From: an uncultured euryarchaeote
GTDB taxonomy: Archaea; Thermoplasmatota; Poseidoniia; Poseidoniales; Poseidoniaceae
DNA length: 64,000 nt
NCBI GenBank assembly: GCA_964001175.1
Contig: CAXFAS010000007.1
Location: 9,611-73,610, forward strand
Direction: 5' to 3'
Position numbers and translations under genes: made by a program
The notes under the pieces: generated by a model
What the model saw: the letters and a program-made list of their open reading frames with translations, nothing else
What the model was told of the DNA's origin: nothing
Databases searched by the model: none
Part shown: positions 59,294-64,000 of the stretch, in pieces
Position numbering within the stretch: the first letter of the stretch is position 1
How the letters are laid out: each line of letters begins with the position of its first letter

Positions 59294-59313
59294 GGTGACG
59301 CTATAGTGTCACC
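59294..59313. promoter_or_regulatory. near-perfect 20-bp palindrome / hairpin between purD and aglB
   Basis: GGTGACGC tata GTGTCACC: an 8-bp stem with one G-T pair and a 4-nt loop. It lies 19-38 nt upstream of GTG 59275, or 76-95 nt upstream of ATG 59218. Confidence 0.3.
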
Positions 59314-59389
59314 CTGATTATTAGCGCAGTGCTTTGATTTTAAGTATTTTTAATTGTATTTTTCAATAGTGAAATGCTCGCCGAATCAA

Positions 59390-60652
59390 TTACAAAGCTC
59401 TGTAACCGATATCCTTTCTAAAATGTGAGCCTTCAAGTGTTATGCTATCCATTAACTGATATGCCTGAATTGCGGCTTCAAAAACTGAATCGCCAATTGC
59501 ACTACAAGAGAGTACTCTTCCGCCTGTAGAAATAATATTTCCTTCACCATCACGTCCAGTTCCTGCGTGATTAATCCAACAATCACTAGAATTTAATTCA
59601 CTTAATCCAAGAATTGGACGTCCTTTGACTGGTTTAGAAGGATATCCTTCAGCAGCTAAAACAACTGTCAAGGCATACTTATCATGAAATTCTACCTGCA
59701 TGTTAGATAAATCATCAGTTGAAGCAGAATACAGAATATCGAATAAGTCTGATTTAATCAAGGGCAATGTAATTTGACATTCGGGGTCTCCAAATCTAAC
59801 ATTGAATTCTACAACATTTGGATCTCCTGATTCGGTAATCATAAGTCCGACATAAAGAACTCCTCTGTAAGGAATATCAAGATTAGAAAGATAATCATGC
59901 ATTGGTTTTACTATACGTTTGATCGCCTTTTGTTTAACATCAGAAGTTACGACTGGAGCAGGACAGTATGCACCCATTCCCCCAGTGTTTGGCCCTTCAT
60001 CTCCATCAAATGCTCTTTTATGGTCTTGGCTAGCAGGTAAGCAGACAAAACCCGAACCATCCATGACTACAAGCATACTAGCTTCCTCACCTGGTAAAAA
60101 TGCCTCAAGAAGGACCTTGCCATCACTGGCTATTGAGTGAGTTATGAAATCTTTAGCTTCTTGCCTATTTGATGTCACTACGACGCCTTTACCTCCTGCC
60201 AGAACATCACGCTTAACCACCCAAGGATTAGCGGAAAAATCATCTAATGCTGATTCAATATCTGATTCCTCTGAAAGAACATGATAACCCGCAGTTGGAA
60301 CGCCAACTTTACTCATTATTTCTTTAGCGAAAAGTTTGGAACCTTCTAAATTTGCTAATTTTGAATGGGGTCCAAAACAAGGAATACCCGTTTCAGAAAG
60401 CCTTTCAGCCAAACCATCACAAAGAGGCGCCTCTGGGCCAACAACTACTAAATCAATTCCAAGTTCAACTGATAACTTTACTACGGCTTCAACATTTGAG
60501 GCTTGGACATTATGATTAGTAGCAATACTTTCTGTACCAGCATTCCCTGGACAACAGTGAACATTGGCTACTTTATTTGATTGTGAAAGTTTCATACATA
60601 GAGCATGTTCTCTTCCTCCACCACCAACTACCAAAACCGACTTGTCCGCCAT
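59390..60652 (-). CDS. purD: phosphoribosylamine--glycine ligase
   Basis: 420 aa. VLVVGGGGREHAL, VVVGPEAPL and the ATP-grasp core are typical of PurD. Confidence 0.9.
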   Translation of the reverse strand: MADKSVLVVGGGGREHALCMKLSQSNKVANVHCCPGNAGTESIATNHNVQASNVEAVVKLSVELGIDLVVVGPEAPLCDGLAERLSETGIPCFGPHSKLANLEGSKLFAKEIMSKVGVPTAGYHVLSEESDIESALDDFSANPWVVKRDVLAGGKGVVVTSNRQEAKDFITHSIASDGKVLLEAFLPGEEASMLVVMDGSGFVCLPASQDHKRAFDGDEGPNTGGMGAYCPAPVVTSDVKQKAIKRIVKPMHDYLSNLDIPYRGVLYVGLMITESGDPNVVEFNVRFGDPECQITLPLIKSDLFDILYSASTDDLSNMQVEFHDKYALTVVLAAEGYPSKPVKGRPILGLSELNSSDCWINHAGTGRDGEGNIISTGGRVLSCSAIGDSVFEAAIQAYQLMDSITLEGSHFRKDIGYRAL

Positions 60653-60723
60653 ATTACTTCTTCATAGCATCCACTTGATAATCTATGCGCGGCAATAAAG
60701 TTACAAAATTCGTCAAATGTTAA

Positions 60724-61425
60724 ATGCCGTCCAATGTAGGAGTGATTATGGATAATGTCAATGATGTTGCCCTGGACTTAGGAATTCTATCACTCAGCCT
60801 AATGACATTATGGCTATATCTCCCTGGTTTCTTAGCAAATACATTTGCGATGATGTGGGGTAAGTGGCTTCCAAAAACCGGCTATGGGCCCTGGCCAATT
60901 GATGGAGGAAAGAACTGGAAAGACGGAAATAGAATGCTGGGGGATGGTAAAACATGGAACGGTTTGATAGGAGGTTCAATCACATCCGGATTACTATGTA
61001 CTCTTATTGTCGCACTTATGGGTGATGCCCCCTCCTCTAGTGACATAGAATCAAGTATTTTTGCACACCCACTTACAGGTTCTGAAAATTCCTGGTTTAA
61101 TATTGGTAATGATCTTATTTCAGCATTTATCCTTGGTACGTTTCTAGGTTTTGCTTGTCTAGTTGGAGATAGCACTGGGTCATTCATTAAAAGAAGACGT
61201 GGATTGAAGAGAGAAGGTGAAATATCCTCAAAGGCCCCGCTATTGGATACATTACCGTTTGCGGTCATGGTGTTCTTATGGGGATTATTATTCCTTGGAG
61301 ATTCTTTAATTTCATCATTTGATTTACTTATTCCGATGCTGATTATTATAATAATAACCCCGATACTTCATCGCTCTTTTAATCTCATTGGATATGCTAT
61401 TGGGTGGAAGGACGTCCCTTACTAA
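60724..61425 (+). CDS. carS: CDP-archaeol synthase (CDP-2,3-bis-O-geranylgeranyl-sn-glycerol synthase, DUF46 family)
   Basis: LWLYLPGFLANTFAMMWG..., PIDGGKNWKDGNRMLGDGKTWNGLIGG, GDSTGSFIKRR and APLLDTLPF match the CarS pattern. It is longer than typical because of N-terminal and internal insertions. Confidence 0.75.
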   Translation: MPSNVGVIMDNVNDVALDLGILSLSLMTLWLYLPGFLANTFAMMWGKWLPKTGYGPWPIDGGKNWKDGNRMLGDGKTWNGLIGGSITSGLLCTLIVALMGDAPSSSDIESSIFAHPLTGSENSWFNIGNDLISAFILGTFLGFACLVGDSTGSFIKRRRGLKREGEISSKAPLLDTLPFAVMVFLWGLLFLGDSLISSFDLLIPMLIIIIITPILHRSFNLIGYAIGWKDVPY

Positions 61426-61485
61426 TCACTAGTTTTACATTCATGTAAGAGAAGCATTGATGAATAGGTGCTTGAAGTAACTTGC

Positions 61486-63174
61486 ATGCGAAGAGTATTG
61501 TTTATCACTATCTTATTGATTATGACTAGCCTTTCTAGTTTGAGTATGAGTTCAGCAAATCCCCAAAACGATGGGTCGACAAATACAATTACAGTTAGTG
61601 AAACTTGGTCCACAGATAGTTCACTAGATGGTGATGTCATAGTATCCAATGGTGCTACTTTGACAGTAAATGGTGACATTACCATTTCTGATGGTTCATC
61701 AATAACCGTACAAGAAGGTGGGGTCTTGGATTTGTACGGTGGTTTGAATGGGGAAAATCTCAATGCTGCACTAAGAGTTGATAATGGTAGTATTATTCAT
61801 GCTGATTTTGGTAGTTTAAGTGGTTCTGGTGAATTAATAATAAATTTCGATTTATACACAACTCAAAATTGTAATGTAACAATAAATGGAGTGGTGACAA
61901 ATGTTTCAAACCAACAACAAGTAGAAATTGATATGACTTTTGACGGAAATCCTTTCGATATAGTCTTTGAGATATACTCGTTTATTTTGCCTGAGATTTC
62001 ATCAATTCAAACGCGAGATGTCAATGGTGTAATACAATCTATACATGCAGACGGGATAAACCAAACCGGTTCGAGTCTTTCTTGGAAGGGAGATGCATCA
62101 TTTGAACTTTCGATTGATGGAACATTTAATTCCATGGATGGGCAATTAGAAGGGGCGGATTTAAGTTGCTCAGGTGCCTGTAATATTATGAATAGTACAT
62201 TGATTGGAAGCGCACCAATCAATATCGAGAACGGGACCTCTCTAACCATCGAGACCAGTTCAATATTAGGAAGTAGAACCGATGAGGATATTATTGTTCA
62301 CGATTCTGCAACCATCTCATATGATACCGCATCTATGACTGGAACTGGTGGCACAACCGATGCTTGGATTAGACTGTTATCTCAACGAGTTATTCAAACT
62401 AATCTGATGGATGCTGGAGCCACTGTGCACTATGAAGGATTAGGTTATAGTGGAGATATTGGAGATAACATTCTAGATGAAACAGGAAAAATAGACTTAG
62501 GTGTTTCAGAATCTAGAAGAATTGTTGAATGGGTCAATGGAGACGGTGTTTACTCATCTGAAGATTCTGATATCCTAATAACGCTAAATGGTGGAACTAC
62601 TACATGGAACCATGGTTATGATATCAAAATAGACCCTGCTCCAATGAGTCCTTACCATGAAGTATCAATTGATCTTCCATACGTTTCAATAGATTCAGTA
62701 GTACCTGAAGATACTACTGGGACAGCCAATAAAGGTCTAGGAGTAATGGTAACTGTAAGTAATACTGGCGATGCTTCAGTCACTACTAATATTCGATGCT
62801 ATGAAGGTGATGATCTAGCAGATACCACGACATTGCTAATAACTCTCGAAGTTGATGAAACAAAGAAGATTCCAACTACCTGGTGGGCTAATGCTTCAGG
62901 CAATAAGGCGTTGACTTGTAAGGCACTAATTCCTACAGGCTTCAATTCATTAGCTGATTCTTTGACCAGTGCTTCTGGAGCAACATCAACTGAAATATCC
63001 TTCAAAGATGCTGAAGATACTGAAGATGCTCCAATAATCATTTATGCAACTATTATGATAATAATCATAATAGGTACTATCACATTCAATAGAAGGAATG
63101 CTAGAAACTATGAAACAACAGAAACTGTAGAGAAAGATTTCGAAGAGGAAATCATTGAGCAATCAGAAGATTAG
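61486..63174 (+). CDS. surface protein: signal peptide, beta-helix-like N-terminal region, CARDB-like module, C-terminal TM and short acidic tail
   Basis: ATG 61486 gives MRRVLFITILLIMTSLSSLSMSSA (the track GTG start at 61468 adds 6 aa). GLGVMVTVSNTGDASVTTNIRCYEGDD module. TM segment IIIYATIMIIIIIGTITF. Confidence 0.75.
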   Translation: MRRVLFITILLIMTSLSSLSMSSANPQNDGSTNTITVSETWSTDSSLDGDVIVSNGATLTVNGDITISDGSSITVQEGGVLDLYGGLNGENLNAALRVDNGSIIHADFGSLSGSGELIINFDLYTTQNCNVTINGVVTNVSNQQQVEIDMTFDGNPFDIVFEIYSFILPEISSIQTRDVNGVIQSIHADGINQTGSSLSWKGDASFELSIDGTFNSMDGQLEGADLSCSGACNIMNSTLIGSAPINIENGTSLTIETSSILGSRTDEDIIVHDSATISYDTASMTGTGGTTDAWIRLLSQRVIQTNLMDAGATVHYEGLGYSGDIGDNILDETGKIDLGVSESRRIVEWVNGDGVYSSEDSDILITLNGGTTTWNHGYDIKIDPAPMSPYHEVSIDLPYVSIDSVVPEDTTGTANKGLGVMVTVSNTGDASVTTNIRCYEGDDLADTTTLLITLEVDETKKIPTTWWANASGNKALTCKALIPTGFNSLADSLTSASGATSTEISFKDAEDTEDAPIIIYATIMIIIIIGTITFNRRNARNYETTETVEKDFEEEIIEQSED

Positions 63175-63191
63175 ATTCAATATTATTGACT

Positions 63192-64000
63192 TCAGCAAGT
63201 AGTCATTTCGCCATTATCGCCTGAATCGGTTTCACTCCAATCAAGGTTCCATGAATCTGAAGAAGTTACTGTTGTGCTTCCTCCAGTAGGTACAAAGGTA
63301 TTGGTTACAGTTATCTCGAAGGTATAGCAACCATCTCCATCATAGAAATCATCTCTTTGAAGATATTCGGTATTAAGTGCGTTCTGAGCAGTACCCGGCA
63401 TTCCAAGCCATCCACTTGTTTTACCACTTTGTGAGCCACTCATTGAACTTGACCAGGTTGCGTCCAAGCCATCTACTGAAATTGTATTCATGGTATACTT
63501 AACTGAACTGCCTTTCTTAACTTTTAGTTGGAAAGTATAGTCCGAAGAAACTGGGATTAGAGCTAGGTTTGAAACACTGTGCTCACCATCATCTTGTGCT
63601 TCTTCATTAGGTGAAAATAAGCCAACTATTGCTTCAACAGTTATACCATCAGTAGTAGTCTGTGTACCACCTGCATTGGTCTTAAGGACTTCAGTAATTC
63701 TTGCAGCAGAGTTTAGAACTTCTCTAGTCATCATATCATTGTCAATAGGAATTGATTTTTCTTGACCATCAGAAGATGATACTGTGATTGTATACGCCTT
63801 GACTTGTTGTGCTCGATAGTCTAACGCATTTCCATCAAATATTGTTGAGATCGGCACCTTGAATCTAGCAACATCATTATCCATGTCTTTATCACCTGAC
63901 CACACTGAAGTGCCATCAACATATATCTCAGCGGATGCTTCAGCGAAACTTCCTCTAACTAAGAAAGAGATTTCATCGTCATTCTCGTTAATTGTCAGTT
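63192..64000 (-). CDS. C-terminal part of a larger beta-rich (probably secreted) protein; the ORF continues past the window end
   Basis: The track lists 63192-63905 from a GTG. My reading shows the same frame open through 64000 (...LTINENDDEISFLVRGSFAEASAEIYVDGTSV-WSGDKD...). Confidence 0.65.
   Translation of the reverse strand, partial: LTINENDDEISFLVRGSFAEASAEIYVDGTSVWSGDKDMDNDVARFKVPISTIFDGNALDYRAQQVKAYTITVSSSDGQEKSIPIDNDMMTREVLNSAARITEVLKTNAGGTQTTTDGITVEAIVGLFSPNEEAQDDGEHSVSNLALIPVSSDYTFQLKVKKGSSVKYTMNTISVDGLDATWSSSMSGSQSGKTSGWLGMPGTAQNALNTEYLQRDDFYDGDGCYTFEITVTNTFVPTGGSTTVTSSDSWNLDWSETDSGDNGEMTTC

Noticed and set aside
61422-61763. 113-aa minus-strand ORF between carS and the 568-aa surface protein gene.
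   Set aside because: It overlaps the signal-peptide-bearing start of the plus-strand gene (61486), has no motifs, and is the mirror frame of a beta-helix coding region. It is probably spurious.

Overview
AT-rich, very densely coding archaeal chromosome segment. Archaeal assignment rests on a type II GAPDH, archaeal-type PheT and GluRS, ribosomal protein S15P, archaeosine synthase ArcS, CDP-archaeol synthase CarS, an AglB/STT3 oligosaccharyltransferase and class III (pilin-type) signal peptides. The style (low GC, abutting genes, giant surface proteins) fits a streamlined planktonic euryarchaeon such as Marine Group II/Poseidoniales, but that is inference only. I recognised no rRNA, tRNA, CRISPR array, transposase or integrase. 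Housekeeping genes occupy about 0.5-23.5 kb and 59.4-61.4 kb. From about 23.9 to 59.3 kb lies a roughly 35 kb block devoted almost entirely to cell-surface functions. Four ORFs of 1808, 1930, 1469 and 3192 codons sum to 25,209 nt, or 39% of the window. The most unusual element is the 3192-codon ORF. Its middle carries the complete AglB/STT3 motif set (DPWY, TVAE, WWDYG, NFQ). This core is preceded by an extra ~380 aa multi-TM module and followed by ~2,200 aa of repetitive ectodomain ending in a second membrane anchor. Other items of interest:
- a translationally coupled trio of pilin-like genes with no assembly ATPase or platform in view
- a wHTH-NTPase-TPR (STAND) regulator overlapping the stop of a giant beta-helix surface protein
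- a four-gene operon: a TSP3-repeat/propeller giant, a giant TM-anchored protein, a small cytosolic protein and a lipoprotein zincin
- a homologous cytoplasmic tail on two of the giants
- a subtilase whose membrane anchor lies upstream of any ATG/GTG/TTG
- a Pcp-NUDIX fusion
- five of six convergent gene pairs with zero or negative spacing

All functional calls rest on motifs read by eye from the translations. No database search was run.
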